From Pirellulales bacterium (GTDB lineage Bacteria; Planctomycetota; Planctomycetia; Pirellulales; UBA1268), in assembly GCA_041746715.1 (NCBI GenBank), contig JBGTGN010000023.1:12245-76244 (forward strand): 64,000 nt of DNA, written 5' to 3'. Within the stretch, counting starts at the first letter, position 1. Each line of letters opens with the position of its first letter. Shown piece after piece: positions 34,870 to 45,124 of this stretch. The notes beneath the pieces were generated by a model, which had not been told where the DNA came from, searched no databases, and saw only the letters and a program-made list of their open reading frames with translations. A program made the translations under genes and the position numbers.

Positions 34870-35961
34870 CTACCAGCGGGCTTCAAGGCCGAGTGTGCCG
34901 CCGCCGAGCCAGAGCGTGGCGTTGCCGTCAACCGCGGTGCCAGCGTCGATGTTCGTCGAGAAGTCGAACTGGTCTGGCGCGAGCGCCACGCCGGTAAGCC
35001 AGATCATGCTGTAACCAGCGCGAAGTGCCCACACGTCGTCGATCCGGTAGATCAGCGAGCCACCAAGGTCAAAAATGCCACCGACGGTGCCCGTGGTGGA
35101 TCCGCGGGCATCCCGCTCGACAAACCCGGTGACGGTGTCCACGATCGGCGCCTGTGATTGCGACAGGATCGCGCCGGCGAGCCCCGCCTTGAGCCATCCC
35201 TCGACTGCCCACCGCTGCCAATCGACACGCCCTCGCGTGCCGATCTGACCACCGATGAGGTTCGAGCTCGACCGCACGTCGTAGGTGCCGGTGATGATGT
35301 CGGTGGGAACCGTCGGATCGACGAGCGTGATCGAAGCGTTCTCTTCGAGGCCAGCCCAACGAACGCCGGCGATCCAGTCGACGGTGGCTGTCGTGCCGAT
35401 TCGCTCAAACTCGTAGGCCGTGTCTCGCGGCAGGTGCACCCAGGCGTCGGTGAGGAGCATGTTCACTTCGGCTGAGTTGAGTGTCGAGCCGTAGGTGGTG
35501 CGGGCGAGCGATGCGTTCCGCAGGCTCGCGACGACGCTTGAGAGCGGCGGCGCCACCTCGAGGCTTCCGTTGGTGGCGGCCGTCGTGTTGGCAAACATTC
35601 CGTACACGCCGAGGTAGCCGGCCTCCCAGCCGATTCCCGATCGCCCGTGCTGGCCATAGAAGGCCCGCACGCCCGGGGCGACAGGAAACTGCATGTCGCG
35701 GGAACCGATCGCCGTTGTGAGCGTGTTGCCGTTCACAACAAGGTCGCGGGGCGACACGAAATTGTCTCGCTGCATGAAGACCGTGTCGAAGGTCGTGTAG
35801 GTCTCCCACTCGCGGCAGCAACCCGGCAGCCACCACGGGTAATCATCGGGCCCGGCTGATGCCACGGGCATCGCGACGAGAATCGCGCCGAGCAGAAACA
35901 GGCAGGCAGCACGGTTTCGGCGCGGGCCCGCGCCGGGTGTGTCAATGGCTCGCCACTGCAT
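34870..35961 (-). CDS. Outer-membrane beta-barrel protein (BBP7-like, tentative)
   Basis: Signal peptide (AACLFLLGAILVAMPVASA). Alternating beta-strand-like pattern. C-terminal aromatic residue (LGLEARW). The family name is from memory of planctomycete annotations. Confidence 0.55.
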   Translation of the reverse strand: MQWRAIDTPGAGPRRNRAACLFLLGAILVAMPVASAGPDDYPWWLPGCCREWETYTTFDTVFMQRDNFVSPRDLVVNGNTLTTAIGSRDMQFPVAPGVRAFYGQHGRSGIGWEAGYLGVYGMFANTTAATNGSLEVAPPLSSVVASLRNASLARTTYGSTLNSAEVNMLLTDAWVHLPRDTAYEFERIGTTATVDWIAGVRWAGLEENASITLVDPTVPTDIITGTYDVRSSSNLIGGQIGTRGRVDWQRWAVEGWLKAGLAGAILSQSQAPIVDTVTGFVERDARGSTTGTVGGIFDLGGSLIYRIDDVWALRAGYSMIWLTGVALAPDQFDFSTNIDAGTAVDGNATLWLGGGTLGLEARW

Positions 35962-36164
35962 GTCGCCCCCCCGATCCGAAGTCCAGGCACAATCGTCTCA
36001 GCAAGACCTTTCGGCAGCCGACGCAGAATCATTGAATCCGTTCCAAGCGGGGGCATGGACCTTGCGGATTGCGGTGAGAAGGCCGGCAGATCGCACCGCT
36101 GCGAAACGCCTGGCTTCCGCATATGATGGGGAGCTGTTGAAAGAACCACCCGAGGAGGCCCGCC

Positions 36165-37427
36165 GTGAATTTTCTCGAACAGGATGATCCCGAGGTTTGG
36201 TCCGCCGTGGCTGCCGAGCAGGTGCGGCAGCAGGAAGGCCTTGAGATGATCGCCAGTGAGAACTTCACGAGTCCTGCTGTCATGCAGGCGGTGGGGAGCG
36301 TGCTGACCAATAAGTACGCCGAAGGCTTTCCGGGACGGCGGTATTACGGCGGCTGCGAGTTTGTCGACAAGGTCGAGGATCTCGCCCGTGACCGGCTCAA
36401 GAGCCTCTTCGGTGCCGAGCATGTGAATGTGCAGCCGCATTCGGGGAGCCAGGCCAATGCTGCGGTCTACCTCACCGCCCTGAAGACCGGCGACACGGTG
36501 CTCGCGTTCGACCTTTCGCACGGCGGCCACCTCACGCACGGCATGAAGCTCAATGCGTCTGGGATTCTCTACCACTTCGTCCACTACGGGGTTCGCCGCG
36601 AGGACCACCGGCTCGACTTCGATCAGGTGGCACGGCTCGCTCGTGAGCACAAGCCAAAACTCATCGTGGCCGGTGCGAGTGCGTATCCCCGTGAGATTCC
36701 GCACGGCACGTTCGCCGAGATCGCCCGCGAGGTTGGGGCCAAGCTCATGGTCGACATGGCCCACTACGCGGGCCTCGTGGCGGCCGGGCTCCACGACAAC
36801 CCGGTGCCCGTCGCCGACTATGTCACAAGCACCACCCACAAAACGCTCCGCGGCCCGCGGGGCGGCATCGCGATGTGCCGCGAGGCCCATGCCAAGGATC
36901 TCGACCGCTCGGTGTTTCCGGGTCTGCAAGGCGGCCCGCTCATGCATGTCGTCGCGGGCAAGGCCGTGGCCTTTGCTGAGGCGCTGCGGCCGGAGTTCAA
37001 GGTGTATGGCCAGCGGGTCATTGAGAATGCCAAGACACTCGCAGCATCGCTTGCCTCCGGTGGCGTGAAGCTCGTGAGTGGCGGCACCGACAACCATCTT
37101 ATGCTCGTGGATGTGACGCCGCTGGGCATCGGTGGCAAGCTTGCCGAAGAGAGCCTCGATCGCTGCGGCATCACGTGCAACAAGAACATGATTCCCTACG
37201 ACGAACGCAAGCCGATGGATCCGTCGGGTATCCGGCTCGGCACGCCGGCGCTCACGACTCGCGGCATGGGCACCGACGAAATGCAGCGGATCGCCGCGTG
37301 GATTCTCCGGGCGCTCCGAAGCCCAGACGATGCGGCCGTTCTCGAAACCATCCGCGGCGAAGTGGCTGACCTCGCTGAACAGTTCCCTGTGCCTGCGGCT
37401 CGGCTCGAGCAGGCGGTGGCGGGATGA
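36165..37427 (+). CDS. glyA: Serine hydroxymethyltransferase
   Basis: GTG 36165. [38 protein letters not shown]-Lys [14 protein letters not shown]. Confidence 0.95.
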   Translation: MNFLEQDDPEVWSAVAAEQVRQQEGLEMIASENFTSPAVMQAVGSVLTNKYAEGFPGRRYYGGCEFVDKVEDLARDRLKSLFGAEHVNVQPHSGSQANAAVYLTALKTGDTVLAFDLSHGGHLTHGMKLNASGILYHFVHYGVRREDHRLDFDQVARLAREHKPKLIVAGASAYPREIPHGTFAEIAREVGAKLMVDMAHYAGLVAAGLHDNPVPVADYVTSTTHKTLRGPRGGIAMCREAHAKDLDRSVFPGLQGGPLMHVVAGKAVAFAEALRPEFKVYGQRVIENAKTLAASLASGGVKLVSGGTDNHLMLVDVTPLGIGGKLAEESLDRCGITCNKNMIPYDERKPMDPSGIRLGTPALTTRGMGTDEMQRIAAWILRALRSPDDAAVLETIRGEVADLAEQFPVPAARLEQAVAG

Positions 37428-38302
37428 ACTCGGTCGGCGCCCGGGGCGTGATTCGCATCGGCCTCGTGCAGTCGGCGTGTACGGGAGATCGGGATGCGAA
37501 CATCGCGAAGGCGCTTGCCGGGATAGCCGACGCGGCCGCCAGCGGGGCGACGGTCGTCTGCCTCCAGGAGCTGTTCGCTGGTGAGTATCCCTGCCAGGCC
37601 GAGGATCATGGGAAGTTTGACGAGGCCGAGGGCGTGCCGGGCCCGCTCACGCAGCGGCTTGCCGCGGCGGCACGGGAACACAGCGTCGTGCTTGTCGGCA
37701 GTGTCTTCGAGCGACGAGCCCACGGTCTCTTTCACAACACGGCTGTCGTCTTCGATACCGACGGTTCGACCGCGGGCGTCTACCGCAAGATGCACATCCC
37801 TGACGACCCGCACTACTACGAGAAGTTTTATTTCACGCCTGGTGACACCGGCTTCATGAGCGTGCCCACGAGTCGGCTCGCAGTCGGCCCGCTTGTCTGC
37901 TGGGATCAGTGGTATCCCGAGGCAGCCCGGCTCACGGCCATGGCCGGTGCGGAAGCGATCTTCTATCCCACGGCAATCGGCTGGCTCGACGGCGAGGAAT
38001 CGCTCCACGCCGAGCAATACGAAGCCTGGGATACGATGCTCAGAAGCCACGCGATCGCCAATGGCGTGTTTGTCGTGGCCGTCAATCGCACCGGTCGCGA
38101 AGGGCCGCTTCGATTCTGGGGCGCGAGCGTTGTTTATGCACCGAACGGCCAGCAGCTTGCCCTCGCGATGCACAATGCCCCCGCGGTGATCGTGTGCGAC
38201 TGCGATCTCGCGAGAATTGAATGGTCTCGAACCCGCTGGCCGTTCTTCCGAGACCGACGCATTGATGCCTACGGTGGCCTCCTCGACCGCTGGGGAGGAT
38301 AG
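37424..38302 (+). CDS. aguB: N-carbamoylputrescine amidase (nitrilase superfamily)
   Basis: ATGA overlap with the glyA stop. [30 protein letters not shown], catalytic Cys context VCWDQWYPE. Confidence 0.85.
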   Translation: MNSVGARGVIRIGLVQSACTGDRDANIAKALAGIADAAASGATVVCLQELFAGEYPCQAEDHGKFDEAEGVPGPLTQRLAAAAREHSVVLVGSVFERRAHGLFHNTAVVFDTDGSTAGVYRKMHIPDDPHYYEKFYFTPGDTGFMSVPTSRLAVGPLVCWDQWYPEAARLTAMAGAEAIFYPTAIGWLDGEESLHAEQYEAWDTMLRSHAIANGVFVVAVNRTGREGPLRFWGASVVYAPNGQQLALAMHNAPAVIVCDCDLARIEWSRTRWPFFRDRRIDAYGGLLDRWGG

Positions 38303-39400
38303 ATGATGGGGTATCCAGATTCCGGGACCTACCGACTGCCGGCCGAGTGGGAGCCTCATGCGGCCACATGGATCGCATGGCCGCATCGCCGGCAGACGTG
38401 GATTGGCCCGTTTGCGCCCATTCCACGTGTCTATCAACAGCTCGCCGAGATCATCGCACGACATGAGCCGGTGCGGATCATCGGCTCGAGTGAGGTTCTT
38501 GCCGAGCCGCGGGAACGGCTCTCTGGCACGGCGAATATTGACTTCGTGACGATTCGCACGAACGACTCATGGGTTCGGGACACGGGCCCCGTCTTCTTGC
38601 TCCGAAAAGACTCGACCACTCCGGAAGTTTCCCTGCGGGCCGCGGTTGCATGGGGCTGGAATGCCTGGGGCGAGAAGTATCCTCCTTGGGACGACGACGC
38701 CCGTGTCGCGAGGTCGATCGCAGTGCACCTCGGCCTCGATGTCTTCGAGCCCGGGATCGTGCTCGAAGGGGGCGCAATCGAGACCGATGGCCAGGGCACG
38801 ATCCTCGCCAATGAAAAATGTGTCGTAGACGATCGGCGAAACCCTGGGCTCGACCGGGCTGCGATCGAAGCGGCGATCCGCGGATGGCTCTGTGTCGAGA
38901 AGATCCTCTGGGTGGGCGGTGACCTCGCCGGTGACGACACGGACGGTCACATTGACCAGCTTGCACGGTTCGTGGCGCCGGGGCGTGTGCTTGCTGCGAG
39001 ACAGCCCGACCGCAGTGATCCAAATCATACTGCCCTCGACGAAAACCTCGAGCGGCTGGCTGCGCTTCACGACGCCGCCGGCCGCCGGCTCGAAGTCATC
39101 CCAGTCGATATCCCGTCACGCGTTGCCTTTGAGGGAACACAACTCCCCGCGAGCCATCTCAATTTTTATGTGGCCAACGGGCTTGTTGCGGTGCCGGTCT
39201 TTGGCTCACCGACCGACGAGCCGGCGCTCCGGATGCTCGAGGAGTGTTTTCCAGGCCGACGGATCGAGCCGATCGACTGCCGTGATCTCGTCCGCGGCCG
39301 CGGCGCGCTCCACTGCATCACGCGCGACGAAGCCGCCTCAAGGTCCCCTGCCGTGACGCCAGTGCGACATGGCAAGGCCGAGGAATCCGACGATGCGTGA
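38303..39400 (+). CDS. aguA: Agmatine deiminase
   Basis: Starts at the base after the aguB stop. YRLPAEWEPH, NDSWVRDTGP, GGAIETDGQGT, DTDGHIDQLARF, catalytic Cys GALHCITRD. Confidence 0.9.
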   Translation: MMGYPDSGTYRLPAEWEPHAATWIAWPHRRQTWIGPFAPIPRVYQQLAEIIARHEPVRIIGSSEVLAEPRERLSGTANIDFVTIRTNDSWVRDTGPVFLLRKDSTTPEVSLRAAVAWGWNAWGEKYPPWDDDARVARSIAVHLGLDVFEPGIVLEGGAIETDGQGTILANEKCVVDDRRNPGLDRAAIEAAIRGWLCVEKILWVGGDLAGDDTDGHIDQLARFVAPGRVLAARQPDRSDPNHTALDENLERLAALHDAAGRRLEVIPVDIPSRVAFEGTQLPASHLNFYVANGLVAVPVFGSPTDEPALRMLEECFPGRRIEPIDCRDLVRGRGALHCITRDEAASRSPAVTPVRHGKAEESDDA

Positions 39401-40988
39401 CGAAGCCCCGTCGGCGGCCGCGCCCAGGCTACGCGAAAGGGTGTGGTCGGCCGACGCCGTCCGTGAGGTCTGGGCCATCGCGTGGCCAACGGTGCTCACC
39501 ATGACGAGCTACACCGTCATGCAGTTCATCGACAAGCTCATGGTGGCCCAGGTAGGGCCACTTGAGGTGGCCGCCCAGGGAAACGGAGGCATCTGGGCCT
39601 TCAATCTCATGGCCATCACGATGGGCATGCTGACGGTTATCAACACCTACGTGGCACAGAATCTCGGGGCAGGGCGACCTGAAGAGGGGTCGCGGTATGC
39701 CTGGGCGGGCCTCTGGCTCTCCCTCGGCGCCTGGGGCATTGTGCTTGTGCCCTTTGCCCTGCTGATGCCCTGGATCTTCGCGGCCATGGGGCATGAGCCA
39801 CGGCTTCAGGAGCTCGAGACCCAGTATGGCCAGATCGTACTCGGAGGGTCGCTCGTGCTCCTCGCGAGCAAGAGCATGAGCCACTACTTCTTCGGCATGC
39901 ACCAGCCGAAGGTCATAGCCCTCGCCGCCATCATCGCCAATGCCTGCAATGTGCTCTTGAACTACGCCTTTATCTATGGCGAACGCGGCTTGCCTTCCCT
40001 GGGCCTTCCCGGCGTGCCCGGGATGCCGGCCCTTGGCCTCGCGGGCGCAGGCATCGCCACGGTGCTTGGCACGACGGTGGAGTTCGCCATCCCCATGGCC
40101 TGCTTCCTCGCGCCCGGCATGAATCGCCGGTATCACACGCGAACCACCTGGCGCTTCGATCTCGCGGCCATCCGAGATCTCATGCGTCTCGGCTGGCCCG
40201 CATCGCTCCAGTGGGGCAGCGAGATCGTCTGCTGGTCGATCTTCATGTCGGTGCTCGTGGGCCAGTTCGGCACTGATCACATGACGGCGGCCTGGGCGGT
40301 GCTCACCTACATGCATCTGAGCTTCATGCCGGCCGTTGGTTTTTCATCGGCGGTGGCGGCCATTGTCGGGAAGCGAATCGGTGAGGGGCTGCCCGATGTG
40401 GCCGCGGCCAGGGCGAGGCTCGGCCTCCAGCTTGCCATGGTGTATGTCACAGTCTGTGCGATCGTGATGGTGGTGTTTCGCGAACCGCTGGTGACAGTCT
40501 TTGCGGGTGGCGACGATACACCGCCCGACCGGGTCGCCATGATCGTGGGAATCGGCACGCGACTGATGATCTGCGCGGCCTTCTTTCAAACGATGGATGC
40601 GGTCGGCGTGGTCTGCACAGGCGCGCTGCGTGGTGCAGGAGACACCGTCTGGCCTGGCGTCGTCACCTTCATCCTGAGCTGGGTGTTCATCGTGGGGGGT
40701 GGTCAGGCGTTTGTCGTGCTGTTTCCGGGCCTCGAGTCGCTCGGTCCGTGGATCGGCGCGTCGTTCTACATCATCATCTTCGGCGTCACGATGTTTCTCC
40801 GCTGGGAGAGCGGTCGCTGGCGAACGATGCAGGTGATCGACCGGAGTCACCACGACGCAGCCATGGCGATTCCTCTACCTGGCGCCCCCGGCACGGCAAG
40901 CGACGACGCCGCAGAGGACCTCGCCGCCGATATCGCGGCCGAAGCCCTCACGCATCCGCCGGCGGAAAAGCCGCCGTTTCTCGGCTGA
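39369..40988 (+). CDS. MATE-family efflux transporter
   Basis: 12-TM-like protein. AWPTVLTMTSYTVMQFIDKLMVAQVG and YVAQNLGAGRPEE are typical of MatE. Overlaps the aguA 3' end (alternative ATG 39393). Confidence 0.85.
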   Translation: MARPRNPTMRDEAPSAAAPRLRERVWSADAVREVWAIAWPTVLTMTSYTVMQFIDKLMVAQVGPLEVAAQGNGGIWAFNLMAITMGMLTVINTYVAQNLGAGRPEEGSRYAWAGLWLSLGAWGIVLVPFALLMPWIFAAMGHEPRLQELETQYGQIVLGGSLVLLASKSMSHYFFGMHQPKVIALAAIIANACNVLLNYAFIYGERGLPSLGLPGVPGMPALGLAGAGIATVLGTTVEFAIPMACFLAPGMNRRYHTRTTWRFDLAAIRDLMRLGWPASLQWGSEIVCWSIFMSVLVGQFGTDHMTAAWAVLTYMHLSFMPAVGFSSAVAAIVGKRIGEGLPDVAAARARLGLQLAMVYVTVCAIVMVVFREPLVTVFAGGDDTPPDRVAMIVGIGTRLMICAAFFQTMDAVGVVCTGALRGAGDTVWPGVVTFILSWVFIVGGGQAFVVLFPGLESLGPWIGASFYIIIFGVTMFLRWESGRWRTMQVIDRSHHDAAMAIPLPGAPGTASDDAAEDLAADIAAEALTHPPAEKPPFLG

Positions 40989-41039
40989 TTCAGGCCTTGC
41001 CTCGGTCCCGTCGTCTCGCCATTATCCCATCCCCTCGGC

Positions 41040-41564
41040 ATGCCGCCGAGGATCGCGGAGGCGGATGCCATGGAACAGTTCGCGACGGCCATCAAAGGAC
41101 TCGTGTCGCTCATCGCCCGAGTATCGATCGCGGTGATCTTTTTGGTCAGCGCCATTGGCAACAAGATTCCACAGTTCTCGCAAACGGCCGAGTACATGGC
41201 CTCGGAGGGCGTGCCGAATCCGCGGTTCGCTCTCTTTGGCGCCATCGGTCTCTTGCTCCTTGGGGGCCTCTCGTTGATCGCGGGCGCCTGGACACGCATC
41301 GGCGGCATTTTCCTTTTTACGTTCCTCGCAGCCGCCACCTTCTACTTTCACGACTTCTGGCATGTTGCCGATCCGGCCCAACGGCAGCTCCAGACGATCC
41401 AGTTCATGAAGAACCTCGCCATCGGCGGAGGGCTTCTTTCGCTCATCGCCTTTGGGGGTGGGCCGTGGAGCGTGGATGGCTGGATCGAAATGAAGCAGGA
41501 AGAGGCCGAGGCATCGCCCCCTGCCAAGAACCGCTCGACAGCGAAGGTGCAGCAGGCAGCGTGA
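41040..41564 (+). CDS. DoxX-family membrane protein
   Basis: Four hydrophobic helices. LIARVSIAVIFLVSAIGNK ... FLAAATFYFHDFW pattern. Alternative start ATG 41070. Confidence 0.75.
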   Translation: MPPRIAEADAMEQFATAIKGLVSLIARVSIAVIFLVSAIGNKIPQFSQTAEYMASEGVPNPRFALFGAIGLLLLGGLSLIAGAWTRIGGIFLFTFLAAATFYFHDFWHVADPAQRQLQTIQFMKNLAIGGGLLSLIAFGGGPWSVDGWIEMKQEEAEASPPAKNRSTAKVQQAA

Positions 41565-41639
41565 CGCCCCCCGCGTGATTTTCGTGGTGCATGGTTGAGT
41601 GGTCATCTATGCTCAGGACTCCTCGGGGAGGTCTCGGTC

Positions 41640-42842
41640 ATGATGAGGATCCGTGCCGTGCGGTTGGCTTGTGCTGCCCTGCTTGCGATGCCATGCCACG
41701 TTCACGCCCAGGAAAGATTGATGCCCTCTGACATCGCGGCCGTCTCATCACGCATTCCGACCAGTCGTCCGTTTGGCAGGCTTCCGGATGGTCGCGAGGC
41801 CATGCTGTTCACGCTCGAGGTGCCGAGCGGTTGGCGGGCCACCGTGACCGACTTTGGCGGGATCCTCACGAGCTTTGTGGTGCCGCCGGCCGACGACGAC
41901 CCGACTGGCAAGCCTGTGGATGTGGTGCTCGGATTCGACTCGCTCGATGGCTACTTGGCCGTCCATCCCTACTTCGGGGCGATCTGCGGTCGATATGCAA
42001 ACCGGATTGCAGGCGGCACGTTCGAGCTTGGCGGCACGACGTATCACCTGGCGACCAACAACGGCCCCAACCATCTTCATGGTGGTCTCGAAGGCTTCGA
42101 CAAGAAGCTCTGGAAGGCAACGCCCCGGGCCACGGAGCGCGGGCCGGCTGTCGAGCTGGAGCTCGTCTCACCCGATGGTGAGGAGGGCTATCCTGGCCGT
42201 CTCGTGGCCAAGGCGGTCTACACGCTCACGCCCGCTGGTGAACTCATCGTGGAGATGTCGGCCACGACCGATGCTCCCACGATCGTGAACATGGTCCACC
42301 ATTCCTACTGGAACCTCGCTGGGCAAGCGTCGGGATCGATCAAGGGCCACGAGCTGGCCGTCGAGGCCGATCGCTATCTTCCGGTGGATGCCACCAGCAT
42401 CCCAACCGGGGCTTTCGCACTCGTCCAGGGCACAAGCTTTGATTATCGACCGGAGCGCCAGCCGTGGCGCCGATGCAGCGAGGCGATCGAGACCCTTCCG
42501 CCGAATGCTCCACCGGGGGCCGCGCGAGGGATCGATCACGCGTATGTGCTTCGCGGCTGGAAGCCCGACGGTGCGCTCCGCCGAGCCGCGGTGCTCCGCG
42601 ATCCAAAGAGCGGTCGGTCGCTCGAGATACTTGCCGACCAGCCGAGCCTTCAGGTCTACATGGCGAATTTTTTGGACAGCTCACTGCCAGGGAAGGAAGG
42701 GGCGACCTATGGCCCCAATGCCGCGATCTGTCTCGAAACCCAGAAGTTTCCAGACTCGATCCACCATGCCGACTGGCCGAGCGCGCGACTCGAGCCAGGG
42801 CAGACCTACCGCCACGTGATGGTCCACCGCTTCACTCGCTAG
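41640..42842 (+). CDS. galM: Aldose 1-epimerase (galactose mutarotase), with signal peptide
   Basis: ATG 41640 gives MMRIRAVRLACAALLAMPCHVHA. YHLATNNGPNHLHGG, GEEGYPG, HSYWNL. GGGGAG upstream. Confidence 0.85.
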   Translation: MMRIRAVRLACAALLAMPCHVHAQERLMPSDIAAVSSRIPTSRPFGRLPDGREAMLFTLEVPSGWRATVTDFGGILTSFVVPPADDDPTGKPVDVVLGFDSLDGYLAVHPYFGAICGRYANRIAGGTFELGGTTYHLATNNGPNHLHGGLEGFDKKLWKATPRATERGPAVELELVSPDGEEGYPGRLVAKAVYTLTPAGELIVEMSATTDAPTIVNMVHHSYWNLAGQASGSIKGHELAVEADRYLPVDATSIPTGAFALVQGTSFDYRPERQPWRRCSEAIETLPPNAPPGAARGIDHAYVLRGWKPDGALRRAAVLRDPKSGRSLEILADQPSLQVYMANFLDSSLPGKEGATYGPNAAICLETQKFPDSIHHADWPSARLEPGQTYRHVMVHRFTR

Positions 42843-44899
42843 CGATGAAGCGTGGAAGCGGGCGAGTTTGCCGTATTGGATACATGGGCAGCCAGGGCGG
42901 CGAAGAGTCTCGCGAGATGCTGGCCGGCAGGCGTAGGCGCCGGATCAGGAGCACCGAAGATTCGGTTGCCCTGGTTTGCGACGGCTCGCCTCCCTGGCGC
43001 CTGCCCAAACTCGAGAGACAGTTCATAGTGGCCCGTGGAGCCGATCCGGCCAGTGCCGGCTCGATTCGCGTTATATCGCGAGTTCCCGTAGCCCGAGACA
43101 CCGATGAAGTAGAAGGCCGTGGCCCTAGGCTGGATCACGATACGGCTGTCGAGCGTGCCGTCATGGTCGTCATTCACGGTGACCTGGCGACCGCGGGAGT
43201 CAAATACCCGCAGCAACGTGTCGAGCGATGATGATCCTGGCAGCCGCTGGGCCTGCGTTTCGATCACGAGTGTCTGTCCCTTGACAACCCGCACGCGATA
43301 GAAATCGACGTCTCGCCTGCCAAACGGTCCGTCGCCCACGATGCCCGCAAGGCGAACTTCGCCAGCCTTAGCCGTCACGCGAAACGCCCCTTGGCGATTG
43401 TCACCCACATCGACCACCGGTGTGGATGGTGGTGAGGGCGGTGGCGGAGGCGGTGGCGGAGGCGGAGGCGGTGGATCGTTTCCAGGCGGCGGATCGGTGG
43501 GCAATGGAGCTGGGGATTCTCCTGCTCGAATAGCCTGCACGGCAGCAGCGGCATTGATGACGCCGCCGGTAGCCACCCGACCCGCCAGCCCGGCGACCGA
43601 TCGCGTGGTTGACAGAAGCGCTGTGCGAAGCTGCGCTGCGGTGGCGTTTCGATTCGCGGCAGCCATTAGGGCGATGGTGCCAGTCACTTGGGGCGTGGCC
43701 ATCGATGTGCCGCTGTAATTCGCATAGCGGGCATTGGGCACAGTGGAGACGATGCCCACGCCGGGCGCCGCGACATCGACGGTGGACGTACCGAAGTTCG
43801 AGAAACTGGCGAGGCGATCGGCGCGGTCGGTCGCGGCGACGGCGATGATCGACTCGTCTGGGTAGTTGGACGGGAAGTTAGCGACGCGATCATTGTCGGC
43901 CGACTCATTCCCGGCGGCTGCCACGAAGAGCGTTCCGGCCCGGCCACCTGCGGCGATGGCATCGCGGAGGGCGTTCGAGGCACCGCCACCGCCCCAGCTA
44001 TTGTTCGTGGCCACGATGTTGATCCCGAAATCCCGCCGCATCCGGGTCGCGTAGTTGATCGCGGCGATCGCGTCGGACGTCGATCCACTCCCGTTGGAAT
44101 CAAGAAACTTCAGCGCCATGATCGACACCCGCCAGCTCACGCCGGTGACGCCCGTGCCGTTGTTGCCCACGGCGCCGATCGTGCCAGCCACGTGCGTGCC
44201 ATGCCCCTCATCATCCATCGGACTGCTATTTCGGTCCGAGAAGTTCCAGCCGTAGACGTCATCGACGAAACCATTACCGTCATTGTCGATGCCGTCGCCA
44301 GCGATCTCTCCCGGGTTTCGCCACATGTTTGCGGCCAGATCTGGATGCGTGTAGTCCACGCCCGTATCGATCACGGCGACGACGACATTTCGTGAGCCGG
44401 TCGTCACGTCCCAGGCTGCGGTGGCCCCGATATCAGCGCCCACGCGGCCCCCGGAGCCACCGGTATTGGCGAGTCCCCAGAGCTGGGAAAACATCGGATC
44501 GTTTGGCCGTGCTGTGGACGCGATGGCAAAGTCGGGCTCGACGTAATCAACCGTCGATGTGGTCGCAGCCCAGCCAAGCACATCGGTAACGCTCGCTCCT
44601 GGCGCCGTCAGCGAGAAAAAACCCTCGCCAAGCGACGAACTCTGCCAGCCCGAATTTTCCGTTAGGTCGATGGTGAGGGCGGTATCCGAGGCGCGAACAA
44701 TCCAGGAATCAGCCTGGACCGAAACCTGCGATCCCTGCCAATCGATGTGGGAGAAGAGTGTCGGGCCCGCGAAATCGACCGCGAGAAGCGCTCGGCGTTC
44801 GAGCGACTCGGTCGCAAGCGTAAACCTGGATGGCCTCGGACGCGACCCGCGGACAAATCGCCTCGCACGACGCTTCCCATGGCGAAGAGATCGGAACAT
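42839..44899 (-). CDS. S8 subtilisin-like serine protease with poly-Pro linker and C-terminal PPC (pre-peptidase) domain
   Basis: Catalytic triad contexts VAVIDTGVD, HGTHVAGTIGA and SGTSMATPQVTG. Linker PPPGNDPPPPPPPPPPPPPSPPSTP. PPC-like tail DVDFYRVRV...TLLRVFD...YELSLEF. GGGAGGTGG 5 nt upstream of the ATG. Confidence 0.9.
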   Translation of the reverse strand: MFRSLRHGKRRARRFVRGSRPRPSRFTLATESLERRALLAVDFAGPTLFSHIDWQGSQVSVQADSWIVRASDTALTIDLTENSGWQSSSLGEGFFSLTAPGASVTDVLGWAATTSTVDYVEPDFAIASTARPNDPMFSQLWGLANTGGSGGRVGADIGATAAWDVTTGSRNVVVAVIDTGVDYTHPDLAANMWRNPGEIAGDGIDNDGNGFVDDVYGWNFSDRNSSPMDDEGHGTHVAGTIGAVGNNGTGVTGVSWRVSIMALKFLDSNGSGSTSDAIAAINYATRMRRDFGINIVATNNSWGGGGASNALRDAIAAGGRAGTLFVAAAGNESADNDRVANFPSNYPDESIIAVAATDRADRLASFSNFGTSTVDVAAPGVGIVSTVPNARYANYSGTSMATPQVTGTIALMAAANRNATAAQLRTALLSTTRSVAGLAGRVATGGVINAAAAVQAIRAGESPAPLPTDPPPGNDPPPPPPPPPPPPPSPPSTPVVDVGDNRQGAFRVTAKAGEVRLAGIVGDGPFGRRDVDFYRVRVVKGQTLVIETQAQRLPGSSSLDTLLRVFDSRGRQVTVNDDHDGTLDSRIVIQPRATAFYFIGVSGYGNSRYNANRAGTGRIGSTGHYELSLEFGQAPGRRAVANQGNRIFGAPDPAPTPAGQHLARLFAALAAHVSNTANSPASTLHR
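43428..43477. repeat. GGN/GGC trinucleotide-type low-complexity tract (encodes the poly-Pro linker on the minus strand)
   Basis: ggtggtgagggcggtggcggaggcggtggcggaggcggaggcggtggatcg. Confidence 0.8.
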
Positions 44900-45124
44900 G
44901 AACCACCTCCCTCAAGCTCCCCACTCGCATGATCTTGTGGACAGCCTGCATTGACCCGGCCGAACGTATTCCTACGTCTGGTTTTTCCTCAAGTCAACTC
45001 GCCGCGATGGCCGCCGTTGATTTGCGGTGTTCCAATTCGCCAGCAACAGGAAGGGTCGTTATTCTTCCGACACGGTGGATCTTCAGATCACCGCCACGCC
45101 CGCCGGACACTCGAGAGCCACGCG

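Noticed and set aside
35962-36164. Possible ZTP (pfl) riboswitch upstream of glyA
   Set aside because: glyA is a typical ZTP-regulated gene and the leader contains ACGCCTGGCT, reminiscent of the conserved CCGCCUGGGC. However, the 5' subdomain (GACUGGCG-type segment and pseudoknot partner GGCG) is absent and the 3' motif is imperfect.
35733-38464. Two long minus-strand ORFs (35733-37097 and 37196-38464)
   Set aside because: They are antisense to glyA and aguB/aguA, which have unambiguous catalytic motifs.
42839-42842. Shared palindromic CTAG providing the stop codons of both galM (+) and the S8 protease (-); also 47-50-nt convergent 3' overlaps at 5676-5725 and 48066-48112
   Set aside because: Real in the sequence, but most simply explained by genome compaction or late stop codons in GC-rich DNA. 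There is no evidence for a regulatory role.
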